The notes under the pieces were generated by a model, which ran no database searches, had not been told where the DNA came from, and saw only the letters and a list, made by a program, of their open reading frames with translations. From positions 256,001 through 320,000 of the forward strand of contig CAVUQH010000002.1 of assembly GCA_963743525.1 (NCBI GenBank): DNA of 64,000 bases, given 5' to 3'. Below, one piece after another: positions 11,458 through 25,721 of this stretch (positions are counted from its first letter, which is position 1; each line of letters begins with the position of its first letter). Origin of the DNA: an uncultured delta proteobacterium. GTDB taxonomy: Bacteria; Myxococcota_A; Polyangia; Haliangiales; Haliangiaceae. The position numbers and the translations under genes were made by a program.

Positions 11458-14400
11458 GTGTCACCAAAGGGGAAAAGGCGAAGCCTGATACGGCGTATCG
11501 CGCTGTGGACGCTCGCCTCCCTGGTCGTGCTGACACTGGTGAGCGTGGTGGTCCTGCGGGTCTACTTCCGCGGGCCGCGGTTGGGAAAGTTCGCCACCAA
11601 GCAGCTCAACGGCCGCATCCTCGGTCACCTCGACATCGGCTCGATCGACTGGGACACCGCCGACCTGCCCAAGGTCGTCAGTGGCGGCTGGCTGCCGGTG
11701 CGCATCCACGACTTCGTCCTCGACGATGCCTTTGGCCGCAAGGTCATCGTCATCCCCGAGCTCGACGCCGAGATCGACGCGCACGCGGTGATGTTCGGCA
11801 ACCACGACCTGGTGCTGCGGCACATGCACGTGAAGAAGGGCGCGTCGGCGCTGATCCGTCTGGTCGAGGAGCCCTACCCGGTTCACGAGTACGACCTCAA
11901 CGTCGTCAGCATCCTGTCGGCGTTCTACACCAAGAAGTCGCCGGCCATTTACGTCGGCCTCAGCGCGGCGCCGGCGGCGATGCTCGACTTCCGCGACTTC
12001 GAGGTCGACGATCTGACCCTGAAGATCGAGCTCGACTACTTCACCGGCGAGCTCGAGCACGTAAACGCGCGGGGCTTCCTCTACGCCGACGACAGCGACC
12101 CGCTGTCGCGAAAGCTGTACTACACGGTCACCGCGCACGCGCCGAGCGGCCACCTCGACATCGAGGGCCGCACCGTGCCGCTGGCCGACATCGACATCCC
12201 TCAGCTCGAGCAGCTGCCCAAGAAGTGGCCGCGCGATCCGTACGCCACCGACGCCGAGTGGACCCTCACCGCCGACAGCAAGGGGGCCAAGATCGATCTG
12301 ACCGGTGGCATGTACGACTACTGGCAGAACTACTTCGGCGGCGAGTACCACACCCGCCTCAGCGTGCACGACGCCGGCGAGCTGGCGCGGTTCATGTCGG
12401 CCACCGACCCCGACACCAAGCTCGACCAGGGCTCGGTGGTGGTCAGCGGCAAGGGGCTGTTCATCGACACCTACGTCGACGGCCCGGTGCTGGCACCCAA
12501 GGTCGAGCTGCAGCTGGGCAACGTCCACCTCGACGTTCCGCTCGGCTCGACCGGCCCGCCGCTGGGGCTGGATCTGGCGTCGGCGACCGCGGCCTTCGAC
12601 CTGGCCACCGCCGAGGGCTACCTCGAGCGGACGGTCGCGCGCGGGGCCGGCGGCGAGCTGCAGCTACAGGCGACCTTCGCCCTCGGCAACGAGGTCCACC
12701 CGCTGCAGTTCGACGTCAACGTCGGCATCCCCGAGCCGATCGAGCTGCGCCCGTACCTGCCGCGCCCGGTCATCGACCTGGCCGGGACCAAGCTGCGCGG
12801 CACCCTGCACGCCTACGGCACCAGCGATGCCCAGCGGATCGACAACCTCAAGCTGTGGCTGGGCCGCGCCCACCTGAGCGGCGAGCTGTACCGCGAGCAG
12901 GGACAGACGGTGCACGCCAAGAGCCTGGTCGCCACCGTCGGCGGCACCCGCCTGGCGATGCACGACAGTCTGTTCGACTTCGCCACCGAGGAGCTCAACC
13001 TGTCGCTCGACCTGCTGTCGAAGGACGCGCCTCGCTACTTGCGCTACTTCGGCGCCCCCGACGTGGCCAAGACCGTGTCGGGCAAGGCTCGGGTCCACGG
13101 CTCGTTCACCGCGCCGGTGGCCAGCGCTCAGCTCACAGCCGGCGGCGTACCGCTGGTCAACAAGGTCGACGCGCGCCTGGGCTACCAGCGCGACGTGCTG
13201 TCGCTGGAGCACATCTCCAGCCGCAAGCTGGGCGGCGACCTGGCCGCGCGCGGTCACATCAAGCTGGCGCCCTACCCGCGCGTGCTCGACTTTTCGGCCG
13301 ATGCCAGGGCCCTGGACCTGGCCCGCATTCCGGTGCTCGGCGACATCCTCGCGGGCATCGCCAACGCTCACCTCACCGCCAGCGGCCCGCCCAAGCGCCT
13401 GGACATCAACGGCAAAGCGTCGGTCACCGGGATGGCGGTCGACGGCGACCAGATGCGCACGTTTCAGCTCCGCGTCAACGGCGACCCGGACGGCAGTCAG
13501 ACCATCGAGCTCGAGGTCGAGCGCGATCTGGGCGGCCAGCTCCACGCCACCATCACCCGCGACCGGCGCGACCAGCTGGGCGGCGTGGTGTCGATCCGCG
13601 ATCTGCCGGTCGAGTCGATGGCGTTCGTCGCCGACCGGCCGCAAGACAGCGCCGTCGGCGCCCACCTCGACGCCGAGTTGGCGCTGGGTGGCACCGTCAA
13701 CGCGCCGGTGGTCGACGGCACCATCGACCTGGGCCGGGTCTGGTTCGGCGACGCCTTCCTCGGCGCCGCCGCGCTGACGGTCAAGCCGGCCGGCAAGGGG
13801 CTCATCGAGGTCAACGGCCGCCTGTTCCAGGGCAAGCTCGAGATCGCCGGCACCCTGCAGACGGTGGCGCCGTACAGCGCCGACCTCACGGTCAAAGCGC
13901 GGCGCGTGGAGCTGGATCAGTTCCTGCCCGCCCTGCACCGCGACTACGCCGCGCGCGGCTGGGCCAGTGGTGAGATCGCCATCCACACGCAACTGGCGCC
14001 GCGCAAAGGCTTCGTGCCCAAGGCGACCTTGCGCCTGACGGAGCTCACGATCCTCCGCGACAACGTCAACCCGCAGGGACGGCCGGCACCGATCCGCCTG
14101 TCCAACCGCACACCGCTCGTGGTTCAGCTCGAGGGCGACCGCGCCGACATCGAGGGCAAGGCGCTGTTCCGCGGCCCCGGCGGCGACTTCTCGATCAGCG
14201 GCGGCGGCACGGAAAAGGCGCTGGCGCTCAAGCTCCAGGGCGGCATCGCCATGGCCATGCTGCAGCCGTACATGCGCGAATACTTCGACGACATGAAAGG
14301 CACTCTGGGCGTGGCCGTCAACGTCACCGGGCCGCTGTCCAAGCCGCAGCTCACCGGCACGGTGCAGTTCGACGGCGTGTCGGTGCAGCCGGTCGGCCAG

Positions 14401-16053
14401 GACGCCGAGGTCAGCGTGCCCAGCGGCCGCGTGACCGTGACCCCCAGCCAGGTCGCCATCACCGACTTCACCGTGCGCATGGTCGACCACGAGTCGGACG
14501 AGCGCGCCGAGCTCAAGATCCGCGGCGGCATCGGCATGGAGTCATTCGTGCCCACCGTCTGGGCGCTGCAGATCGAGGGACAGCTGGCCGGCAAGATGCT
14601 GCTGGTGGCAGCGCCGCAGATCTTCTCCGCCGCCGGCGGCATGGCCTACGTCAACGTCTGGTTGCGCGGCCCCGGCGAGGCGCCCGACGACATCGACGGC
14701 ACGGTCTGGTTCGAGTGCCCGCAGGCCAACGCCCGCAGCGAGCAGACCCGCGCCGACTACGCGCTGGTCGGCAAGCGGTGCAAGATCGACCGGCCGCTGA
14801 CCCTGGCCGCCCGCGGTGTGCGCCACCAGATCAGCATCGACACCGGCGCCGTGCGCATCGAGGACGACGACGCCCGCCCCGACGCCCAGGTGCTGGCGGT
14901 GCGCGGTCTGGGCGGCTGGATCGACGACGAGGGCCGGCTGGAGAACCTGCGCGGCGAGGTGACCATGGAGAACTGGCAGGTGGTCAACTTCGACGTCGGT
15001 GGCGCCGCCCGGTCGCTGCCGCTGCGCATCCCCCGCGAGCTGGACCTGACCGTCAACGTCGAGAATTTCGAGGTCGTAGGCGGTCCCGACAGCGGCCTCG
15101 ACGTCAAGGCGCAGGTCGAGATCCTCGACGGCCGCTACGTGCGCAACTTCAACCTGGCCGGCTTCCTCGAGACCGACCGCACGGTGGAGACGTCAACGCC
15201 GTTCTACAAAGAGATCCCGCTCATCGCCAACGCCAAGCTCGACATCGGCATCGATACCCGCGCCTTCTTCGTGCAGAACAACGTCGCCAACATCCAGCTG
15301 TCAGGCGGTGTGACCATCCGTGGCACGCCGGCGCAGCCGCGCTTCGACGGCGCCATCAACGTCAACCAGGGTACGTTCAAGTTCCAGGGCATGAAGGCGC
15401 GCTTTACCCGCACCACCGGCAGCGTCACCTTCTCCGGACGCAAGCAGTTCCCCGACGAGACGCCCAACTTCGACGTCCAGAGCGAGGCCGACTTCCGCGA
15501 CTCCAACGGCACCGACCACGTCATCCAGCTGACCATCTTCGGCACGCTGGCCAACTTCAACTACGACCTGACCACCGACACCGGGCTCAACAAGGGCCAG
15601 ACGCTGATGCTGATCTCGTCCGGGCGGCGGCCCGAGGACCTGCGCCAGTCGCTGGGCGACCAGCAGATCGGCGCCGATCCGACCCGTCTGGACTCCACCG
15701 CCGAGGCCGGCAACGTCTACGACGAGCTGGTCAAGGATCTGGCCGGAGACTTCATCTCGCTGCTGATCGAGGACAAGCTGCGCGATCTGACCAACCTGGA
15801 CGTCGCCCGGCTGGAGATCGGAACCGCCTCGGTGGGCTTCCATTTGGAGAAGGACCTGTTCGAAAATCTGCGCATCTTGGGTGACCTGCAGCGAAACGTC
15901 CGCGGTTGGGAAGGCAACGTCCGCGGCGAGCTGCGGGTTACCGATTCGGTGTCGATGGAGGCCGACTACGTCCAGCGAAACCAGGAAGACAACGCCGAGC
16001 AGAACCGGTCGGAGGGCCGGCTGCGCATGGTCTGGCGTCGCTCCTGGCAATGA
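11458..16053 (+). CDS. TamB/AsmA-like translocation and assembly module protein
   Basis: ~1530 aa, N-terminal signal anchor, long beta-repeat body, DUF490-like C-terminus (IRGTPAQPRFDGAINV), directly upstream of an Omp85 gene. Start uncertain. Confidence 0.8.
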   Translation: MSPKGKRRSLIRRIALWTLASLVVLTLVSVVVLRVYFRGPRLGKFATKQLNGRILGHLDIGSIDWDTADLPKVVSGGWLPVRIHDFVLDDAFGRKVIVIPELDAEIDAHAVMFGNHDLVLRHMHVKKGASALIRLVEEPYPVHEYDLNVVSILSAFYTKKSPAIYVGLSAAPAAMLDFRDFEVDDLTLKIELDYFTGELEHVNARGFLYADDSDPLSRKLYYTVTAHAPSGHLDIEGRTVPLADIDIPQLEQLPKKWPRDPYATDAEWTLTADSKGAKIDLTGGMYDYWQNYFGGEYHTRLSVHDAGELARFMSATDPDTKLDQGSVVVSGKGLFIDTYVDGPVLAPKVELQLGNVHLDVPLGSTGPPLGLDLASATAAFDLATAEGYLERTVARGAGGELQLQATFALGNEVHPLQFDVNVGIPEPIELRPYLPRPVIDLAGTKLRGTLHAYGTSDAQRIDNLKLWLGRAHLSGELYREQGQTVHAKSLVATVGGTRLAMHDSLFDFATEELNLSLDLLSKDAPRYLRYFGAPDVAKTVSGKARVHGSFTAPVASAQLTAGGVPLVNKVDARLGYQRDVLSLEHISSRKLGGDLAARGHIKLAPYPRVLDFSADARALDLARIPVLGDILAGIANAHLTASGPPKRLDINGKASVTGMAVDGDQMRTFQLRVNGDPDGSQTIELEVERDLGGQLHATITRDRRDQLGGVVSIRDLPVESMAFVADRPQDSAVGAHLDAELALGGTVNAPVVDGTIDLGRVWFGDAFLGAAALTVKPAGKGLIEVNGRLFQGKLEIAGTLQTVAPYSADLTVKARRVELDQFLPALHRDYAARGWASGEIAIHTQLAPRKGFVPKATLRLTELTILRDNVNPQGRPAPIRLSNRTPLVVQLEGDRADIEGKALFRGPGGDFSISGGGTEKALALKLQGGIAMAMLQPYMREYFDDMKGTLGVAVNVTGPLSKPQLTGTVQFDGVSVQPVGQDAEVSVPSGRVTVTPSQVAITDFTVRMVDHESDERAELKIRGGIGMESFVPTVWALQIEGQLAGKMLLVAAPQIFSAAGGMAYVNVWLRGPGEAPDDIDGTVWFECPQANARSEQTRADYALVGKRCKIDRPLTLAARGVRHQISIDTGAVRIEDDDARPDAQVLAVRGLGGWIDDEGRLENLRGEVTMENWQVVNFDVGGAARSLPLRIPRELDLTVNVENFEVVGGPDSGLDVKAQVEILDGRYVRNFNLAGFLETDRTVETSTPFYKEIPLIANAKLDIGIDTRAFFVQNNVANIQLSGGVTIRGTPAQPRFDGAINVNQGTFKFQGMKARFTRTTGSVTFSGRKQFPDETPNFDVQSEADFRDSNGTDHVIQLTIFGTLANFNYDLTTDTGLNKGQTLMLISSGRRPEDLRQSLGDQQIGADPTRLDSTAEAGNVYDELVKDLAGDFISLLIEDKLRDLTNLDVARLEIGTASVGFHLEKDLFENLRILGDLQRNVRGWEGNVRGELRVTDSVSMEADYVQRNQEDNAEQNRSEGRLRMVWRRSWQ

Positions 16054-16062
16054 TCGTCTGAC

Positions 16063-19468
<3,406 letters not shown>

Positions 19469-19491
<23 letters not shown>

Positions 19492-19529
19492 TTCGGGCGA
19501 GCCGAACCAGAACAGCAGGCCGAGGTTGA
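19469..19529. terminator. 28-bp inverted repeat overlapping the Omp85 3' end
   Basis: Arm 19469-19496 matches the reverse complement of 19502-19529 at 26 of 28 positions; 5-nt loop. Confidence 0.75.
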
Positions 19530-19674
19530 TGGGACCTTCCGGATGCTCGCTGCCGCGAGCCTCCTCTAAACAAGCGCGCTTCGCGGGCGCCTTCGGCGCG
19601 CGGGCTCCCCCCGTATGCCCCCATCCAGGTAGGGGTCGAAGCGCGCGCAGTCGAAGGACGCACCGTGGGGCGGG

Positions 19675-19791
19675 CTACTTGCCCTTCTTCTTCTTGCCCT
19701 CGGTGATCTTCCGCTTGTCGCGGGCCTTCTTCTTCCGCTGTGCCTTCTTGCGCCGCATCTTGGGCGAGTGTCGTTTGTCTGCGCGACCCAT
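19675..19791 (-). CDS. 38-aa very basic protein, possibly ribosome-associated
   Basis: [47 protein letters not shown] and its own promoter; below the ORF-track cutoff. Confidence 0.8.
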   Translation of the reverse strand: MGRADKRHSPKMRRKKAQRKKKARDKRKITEGKKKKGK

Positions 19792-19815
19792 GGGAACCTC
19801 CTGAGAAAGGCTGGG

Positions 19816-19844
19816 ATTTTGCGGATCGGGCCCGGCGGTGTCAA
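19816..19844 (-). promoter_or_regulatory. sigma70 promoter of the small basic protein
   Basis: TTGACA-17 nt-CAAAAT; the -35 box overlaps the ygfZ stop codon. Confidence 0.7.
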
Positions 19845-20625
19845 GCCGCCGAGCCGAACGGCAGCTCGACCAGGGTCGCCGGCCGCCCGTCGACCTCGAC
19901 CGAATTGCCCGGATCCCACACGCTGCGGTGGATATAGGCCAGCGCGATGCTGCCGAATCGGGGCGAAACCGCCGCCGAGGTGATGGTTCCCGCGCTCGGC
20001 CGGTCGGCGTGGGCCACGGTGGCGCCGACCGCCACCGGACCGTCGCCCGAGACCGCCAGCCCGCGCATCAGCCGCGCTCCCTGGCCGCGCGAGTGGACCC
20101 GGTAAATCGGCTCCTGGCCGATGTAGCAGCCCTTGTCGTAGCTCACGTGCCGGGCCAGCAGCGACTCGAACGGGAAGCAGTCCTCGTCAACGTCCACCCC
20201 GTAGCGGGGCATGCCGGCCTCGATGCGGCGAACCTCGACCTCGGCCGCCCCGGCGGCCGGCCCGGGTGATGGCTCGAGCAGCGGCGGCGCCGTCCACACC
20301 GACTCGACGTCGTCGGTCCACACCCGGTGCAGCGGCAGCGTGACTGCCTCGAGCGTGACGTCGTCCATGATGATGTGCTTGTCGAGCACGGCAAGGGTCT
20401 TGTCGGTGAGATCCGGCTGGCAGATGACCAGCAGGTGATCGTCAGCGACCATCACCTCGATCACCGACACCACGCGGCCCTTGACGTTGAGCACGGTCGC
20501 GCGGGTCCACTCACCGGCCGGCAGATTCTCGATGTCGGCGCTGCACATGCCGTGCAGGAAGCGCGCGCGGTCCGTGCCGGTCACGCGGATCTTGCCCCAG
20601 TCGGACTGGTCAACCAACAGTTGGG

Positions 20626-20629
<4 letters not shown>
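19841..20629 (-). CDS. ygfZ: Folate-binding YgfZ/GcvT family protein
   Basis: KGCYIGQE signature; [10 protein letters not shown] near the N-terminus. Confidence 0.88.
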
Positions 20630-21102
<473 letters not shown>

Positions 21103-21148
21103 AGGCCCACGGGTCTACCATCTTTTCGCCGGCGCGGGCTGCGCCGGC

Positions 21149-21592
21149 CTAGTGGATGGCGACCGCGGCGACCAGGCCGGCGACAACGGCCCCGGCCAGC
21201 GCCATGGCCACGCGGGCGCGCAGGAACCGGGGCGGCGGAACCGCCGTGCCGGTACCGCAGCGCTCGATCTTGCGCGGCGGCGGCAGGGTGATGGCCGGAC
21301 GCGATTCACTGATGCGCTTGCGCCGGGCCTCGGCGCGCAGCTGGGCCTCGCGCGGGGTGCCGTCCACTCCCGGCAGCGGCGGGGCGCCGACGTTGACCGC
21401 CTGGCGCTCGAAGATCTGCTCGACGTCGGGGGTATCGTCGACCTCGACCGCCTCGAGGATGAGCGGGAAGGTACACAGAGGGCATTTGGACGTCCCCGCC
21501 GCAAGCCCCACGTAGCGACAGCGATAGCAGACGGCCTGCAGCAGTGCGCTTTCGTTCGTGGTGGTGGGCTCGGCGTGGGCGACGGCGTTCAT
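21149..21592 (-). CDS. Hypothetical protein with Zn-ribbon-like CxxC pair and C-terminal TM helix
   Basis: CYRC...CPLC, GAGGT RBS, hydrophobic C-terminus. Confidence 0.65.
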   Translation of the reverse strand: MNAVAHAEPTTTNESALLQAVCYRCRYVGLAAGTSKCPLCTFPLILEAVEVDDTPDVEQIFERQAVNVGAPPLPGVDGTPREAQLRAEARRKRISESRPAITLPPPRKIERCGTGTAVPPPRFLRARVAMALAGAVVAGLVAAVAIH

Positions 21593-21627
21593 GGCTACCT
21601 CTGGCTTCCGGCGACACCTCCCTTCCT

Positions 21628-21643
21628 TGCGAAGCCGATGCCA
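21628..21643 (-). promoter_or_regulatory. Putative sigma54 promoter
   Basis: TGGCATCGGCTTCGCA with correct GG/GC spacing. Confidence 0.5.
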
Positions 21644-21748
21644 AGGCCAAGTGTGCGGATTCCGTGGCGACCGACGCCCGACCCGGAGGGCTCGGAGCCC
21701 CACCCCGGGAGGAAGACACCCAGGCGCGCGTGCTATCGTGAACGCCGG

Positions 21749-22991
21749 TTGCGCGCCCCGATCGCCCTCGCCCTCGCCCTGTGCTGGGGTTGCACCAGCT
21801 CCAGCGATCGCGTCAACCCGTTCCCGGTGTCGGTGGATGTGAGCATGGGCCCGATCTCGATCACCGTCAGCGACGGCAATGCGGGCGAGAAGCTCCCGGC
21901 GGTGGTCAACACCAGCGCCCCGGTGACGCTGATCGACGGCTTCGTGCCCGGCGATCCGGTGCCGTCCCCGAGGCGGCGCGACGTCGAGCTGTTGCTCTAC
22001 TCCGGCACCGGCGCTGGCGCCGTCCCGCGCATTGCCCTGTCGGGCGTCTCGAGCTTCGAAATCCACCCGTGCACGGCCACCGACGCCTACTGTGTGGCCG
22101 GCGTGGGCAGCCAGACCGAGCCGGTGCGCGCGATCCTCGGCGCCGACGTGTTGTCGCGGCGCGCGGTCCGCTTCGATCTGCCGCGGTCGGCGCTGCAGTT
22201 CTTCCCCGACATCGCCGGCAGTGACGCCGCCCGCGGCGACGCCTGCGACGCGGTGTTCAAGTCGCCGTTCGCCGGCGGCGGCACGCTGATCCTGGGTGGC
22301 TCGGAGGAGACCTTCACCGGCAACCGGCTGGCCCTGGGCGCGTGCCTGCACTACGACCCCAGCACCGCCACCGACCAGCTCGACCGCGGCTCCGACGCGC
22401 TGTTCATCGTCGCCACCGGAGCGCCAATCAGCATGCTCAGCGAGAGCGCCTACGAGCGCTATCGCACCCTGGTCAACGACACCCAGGTGGCCCCGGCGCT
22501 GGCCGACTTGCCGACCACCACCGTCTACCTGCCGTCGGGCCCGATCGCCGCGCATCTGGGCACCATCACCCGCATCGCCCTGGTCGGCCAGGGCTCGGAC
22601 AAGCGTGGGCCGTGCCAGGAGCTGTACGCCAACCACGTGATGTCGGTGAACGGCTGCCGGGTTCCGGTCCAGCTCAGCAAGGAAGCCTGCATCTGCTACC
22701 AGGCCACCTTCTGCAGCACCGCCGCCGCAGTGGAGATCGATCGGCCGTTCGCGGTGGCGGTGATCAACGACCTCGAGCCGCTGTTGCAGGCGCTGCGCGA
22801 CGAGCTGCGCCCGACCTTCCCCGAGGTCAACGGCCTGCTGGCCCCCAACGCGATGACCCCGCTCGGCTTCGACGTCAACTATCCCAACTCGCGCGCGCTG
22901 GCCCGCTGCGAGGAGTCGAACGGGCTGTGTCGCCCGCCCGGCGGTGCGAGACCTGGACTCTCTGGCCAAGATCTCGGCCTGCCTGCCGTGA
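21749..22991 (+). CDS. Lipoprotein with two degenerate retropepsin-like (aspartyl protease) domains; probable frameshift near 22928
   Basis: Signal ending CWGC; VVNTSAP/ILGADVL and IVATGAP/GLL motifs. An alternative frame gives a cleaner C-terminus, RPAVRDLDSLAKISACLP*. Confidence 0.55.
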
Positions 22992-23028
22992 GCCCCGGGG
23001 GCCCGTCGTGGTAGTTTGGTAGGCCGCC

Positions 23029-23694
23029 ATGGAGTGGTACCCGCTCCAGCTATCCCTGGAGGTCGCGTTGATCGCGACCCTGGTGTCGCTGTTCCTCGGG
23101 GTCGGCATCGCCGCTGCGCTGGCCGCCTGGCGTTTCCCCGGGCGCGAGCTGGTCAACGCCCTGGTCACCGCGCCGCTGGTCCTGCCGCCGACGGTGCTCG
23201 GCTACTACGTACTGGTCTGCCTGGGCCGCGACTCGGCCTTTGGCCACTTCTGGGAGTGGCTGACCGGCGGGCCGATCGTCTTCACCGTGACCGGCTGCGT
23301 GGTCGCGGCGGTGATCGGCGGCTTGCCGATGGTCATCAAGTCGTCGCGAGCGGCGCTCGAAGGTGTCAACCCCAGCCTGGTCAAGGCCGCGCGCACCCTG
23401 GGCGCCGGACCGACGCGCGCGTTCCTGACCGTCAAGCTGCCGCTGGCCGCGCCCGGTGTCATCGCCGGCCTGATGCTGTCGTTCGCCAAGGGGCTGGGCG
23501 AGTTCGGCATCACGCTGATGATCGCCGGCGACATCCCCGGTCAGACACAGACCGCCTCGCTGTACATCTACGACGCCATCCAGGCGCAGAAGGACGCCCA
23601 GGCCTCGGGCATGGTCGCGGTGCTGACCGCCACCGGCATCGGCATCCTCTACGCCGTCAACCGCCTGACGCGGCCCAACCATGACCACCACTGA
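23029..23694 (+). CDS. modB: Molybdate ABC transporter permease
   Basis: PLVLPPTVLGYY, AARTLGA and LGEFGITLMIAGDIPGQTQT motifs. Confidence 0.93.
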   Translation: MEWYPLQLSLEVALIATLVSLFLGVGIAAALAAWRFPGRELVNALVTAPLVLPPTVLGYYVLVCLGRDSAFGHFWEWLTGGPIVFTVTGCVVAAVIGGLPMVIKSSRAALEGVNPSLVKAARTLGAGPTRAFLTVKLPLAAPGVIAGLMLSFAKGLGEFGITLMIAGDIPGQTQTASLYIYDAIQAQKDAQASGMVAVLTATGIGILYAVNRLTRPNHDHH

Positions 23695-24493
23695 TCGCCC
23701 GCCCAGCCGCGGCGGCGGCTCCACCCTGCACTGCCGCGCGCGCATCACCCGCCGCGGCCGCGGCCACGAGTTCCACCTCGACGTCAACCTCGAGCTGGCG
23801 CCGGGCATCACCATCCTGTTCGGCCCGTCCGGCTCGGGCAAGAGCACCACCCTGCAGTGCATCGCCGGGCTGACCAACCCCGACGACGGCTACATCGCCC
23901 TGGGCGACGAGGTCTGGTTCGATTCCCGGCGCAAGGTCAACCTGGCCGTCCACCGCCGCCACGTCGCCTACGTCTTCCAGTCGCTGGCGCTGTTCCCGCA
24001 CATGACCGGCTGGCGCAACGTCGCGTACGGCCTGCCGCGCAAGATGCCCCGCGACGAGCGCCGCGCCATCGCCGTGGGCAAGCTCGAGCATCTGGGCGTC
24101 GGCCACCTGGCCGACCGCAAGCCGCCCACCTTCTCCGGCGGCGAAGCCCAGCGCGTCGCCCTGGCCCGGGCCCTGGCCATGAACCCGCGCGTCATCCTCC
24201 TCGACGAGCCGTTCAGCGCGCTGGACCGCGACCTGCGCATCCAGCTGGCCACCGTCGTCCGCCGACTGGTCAACGAGATCGACGTGCCGCTGATCCAGGT
24301 CACCCACAACCACGGCGAGGCCCGCGCCCTGGGCGACCACATCCTGCGCATGAAAGACGGCAAGGTCATCCAGTCCGGCACCGCCGACGAAGTCCTCGGC
24401 GACCCCCGCGACATCATCGCCGCCCGCAACCGCGCCCGCGATGCCTTCGACGACATCGGCAAGACCCCGATGCCCGAGCTCCGCCGCAAGTAG
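23681..24493 (+). CDS. modC: Molybdate ABC transporter ATP-binding protein
   Basis: GPSGSGKS, FSGGEAQRVALARAL, LLDEPFSALD; follows modB. Confidence 0.88.
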   Translation: MTTTDRPPSRGGGSTLHCRARITRRGRGHEFHLDVNLELAPGITILFGPSGSGKSTTLQCIAGLTNPDDGYIALGDEVWFDSRRKVNLAVHRRHVAYVFQSLALFPHMTGWRNVAYGLPRKMPRDERRAIAVGKLEHLGVGHLADRKPPTFSGGEAQRVALARALAMNPRVILLDEPFSALDRDLRIQLATVVRRLVNEIDVPLIQVTHNHGEARALGDHILRMKDGKVIQSGTADEVLGDPRDIIAARNRARDAFDDIGKTPMPELRRK

Positions 24494-24510
24494 CGCCGAT
24501 GACCCGGCTA

Positions 24511-24542
24511 CATGGTCGCGCAATTCGCGCTGCGCGGCCATG
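24511..24542. terminator. Hairpin between convergent modC and the lipoprotein gene
   Basis: Stem CATGGTCGCGCA/TGCGCGGCCATG. Confidence 0.5.
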
Positions 24543-24548
24543 AGCCCG

Positions 24549-25721
24549 TCAGCTGCCGGGCGGACGATCGCGCTGAATCACGCGCAGGCGGTCTCGACCG
24601 AGCAACTGCAGGACGGTGACGCCGGGGCTGCCCGTGGGAAGCACTGCCAGGACATCGCAGTCGCTGCCGCCGCCGTGGTCGCCGAGGACGAGGGCGTGGA
24701 CCTCTGCCGGAGTCGTTGCCATCGCCAGCCGCCGACCCTCGTCCTTGTCAACCTCGTAGAGGCTGTAGGCGCAGGTCGTCCTCCGCCCGGCGGGCTTGGA
24801 CGGGAAGACCGCCGTGTGAGCCCCCCCGCCGTACGACAACTGATAGCGGTAGAACCACAGGTGCTTGCCGTCGAACCCGGCGTGCAGCGAGCCGTCGAAC
24901 GATCCGGACTGCACGTCCTGGTCGAGGCCGATCGTCGATCGCAGCATGCCGTCGGCGGCCGTTCGCACCTGAGCCACGGTGCCGTGGCCGGGCTCGCGCC
25001 CGCGAAGGACGATCCAGTGACCGTCCGTCAACAAGAACAGCACGTCGGGGCCGCGATCGACTGTGCGATCCAGGCCCGTTTCCTGCCGCCACAGCTCTTT
25101 TCCCGTGCTGCCGTCGAGTGCCAGCAACGTCCCGATCTGCTGCGTCACCCGTCCGGCGTCAACGGCCAGCGACAACACGACGACGTGTCCGTCCGGGGAC
25201 GCCGCCATGCCGGTGACCGTCTCGCCCTCCGCAATGGTCGCGGTCCACCCCGGTCCGTTGCTACTGGGCGGGAAGAGCTCGACAGCTGGAGCTCCGTCAG
25301 CCCCGCTGACGGCACGAACGACGCCAGCGCCCGCCACCGCGCGGATGATCGGGGCGGATCGACCTCGAGGCCCCTCGGCCGGCAACGTGTACCGGTCTCC
25401 GCGGACCACGTCAACCAGAGTCGCTCCCTGGAAGACCAGGGGATCCTGATCAGTGGGCATCCACCAGTCCGCCTCCATCCGCGCGTTCTGTTTGTTCCCG
25501 TCCAGCACGACGACGCCCGTGCCCTGACCGACACCCGTCAACGCCAGCACCAGCCCCGACTGTGTCGATCCGACGAAGGCGCCCAGCTCCGAGAACCCAC
25601 TGTCCAATGTCCCGATCCATTCGTGCGTCACGGAGCGACCTCCCTGGTGTTTGCACGCCACCAGAAGCGCGCCGGCTGCGGCCAGCGCGAGAACGTGCCG
25701 TCGGAAGAAGATGTTCGCCAC
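24549..25721 (-). CDS. Lipoprotein with PQQ-type beta-propeller; candidate immunity protein
   Basis: GTG start overlaps the upstream TAG (TAGTG); lipobox [18 protein letters not shown] propeller motif. Confidence 0.7.
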   Translation of the reverse strand: MANIFFRRHVLALAAAGALLVACKHQGGRSVTHEWIGTLDSGFSELGAFVGSTQSGLVLALTGVGQGTGVVVLDGNKQNARMEADWWMPTDQDPLVFQGATLVDVVRGDRYTLPAEGPRGRSAPIIRAVAGAGVVRAVSGADGAPAVELFPPSSNGPGWTATIAEGETVTGMAASPDGHVVVLSLAVDAGRVTQQIGTLLALDGSTGKELWRQETGLDRTVDRGPDVLFLLTDGHWIVLRGREPGHGTVAQVRTAADGMLRSTIGLDQDVQSGSFDGSLHAGFDGKHLWFYRYQLSYGGGAHTAVFPSKPAGRRTTCAYSLYEVDKDEGRRLAMATTPAEVHALVLGDHGGGSDCDVLAVLPTGSPGVTVLQLLGRDRLRVIQRDRPPGS

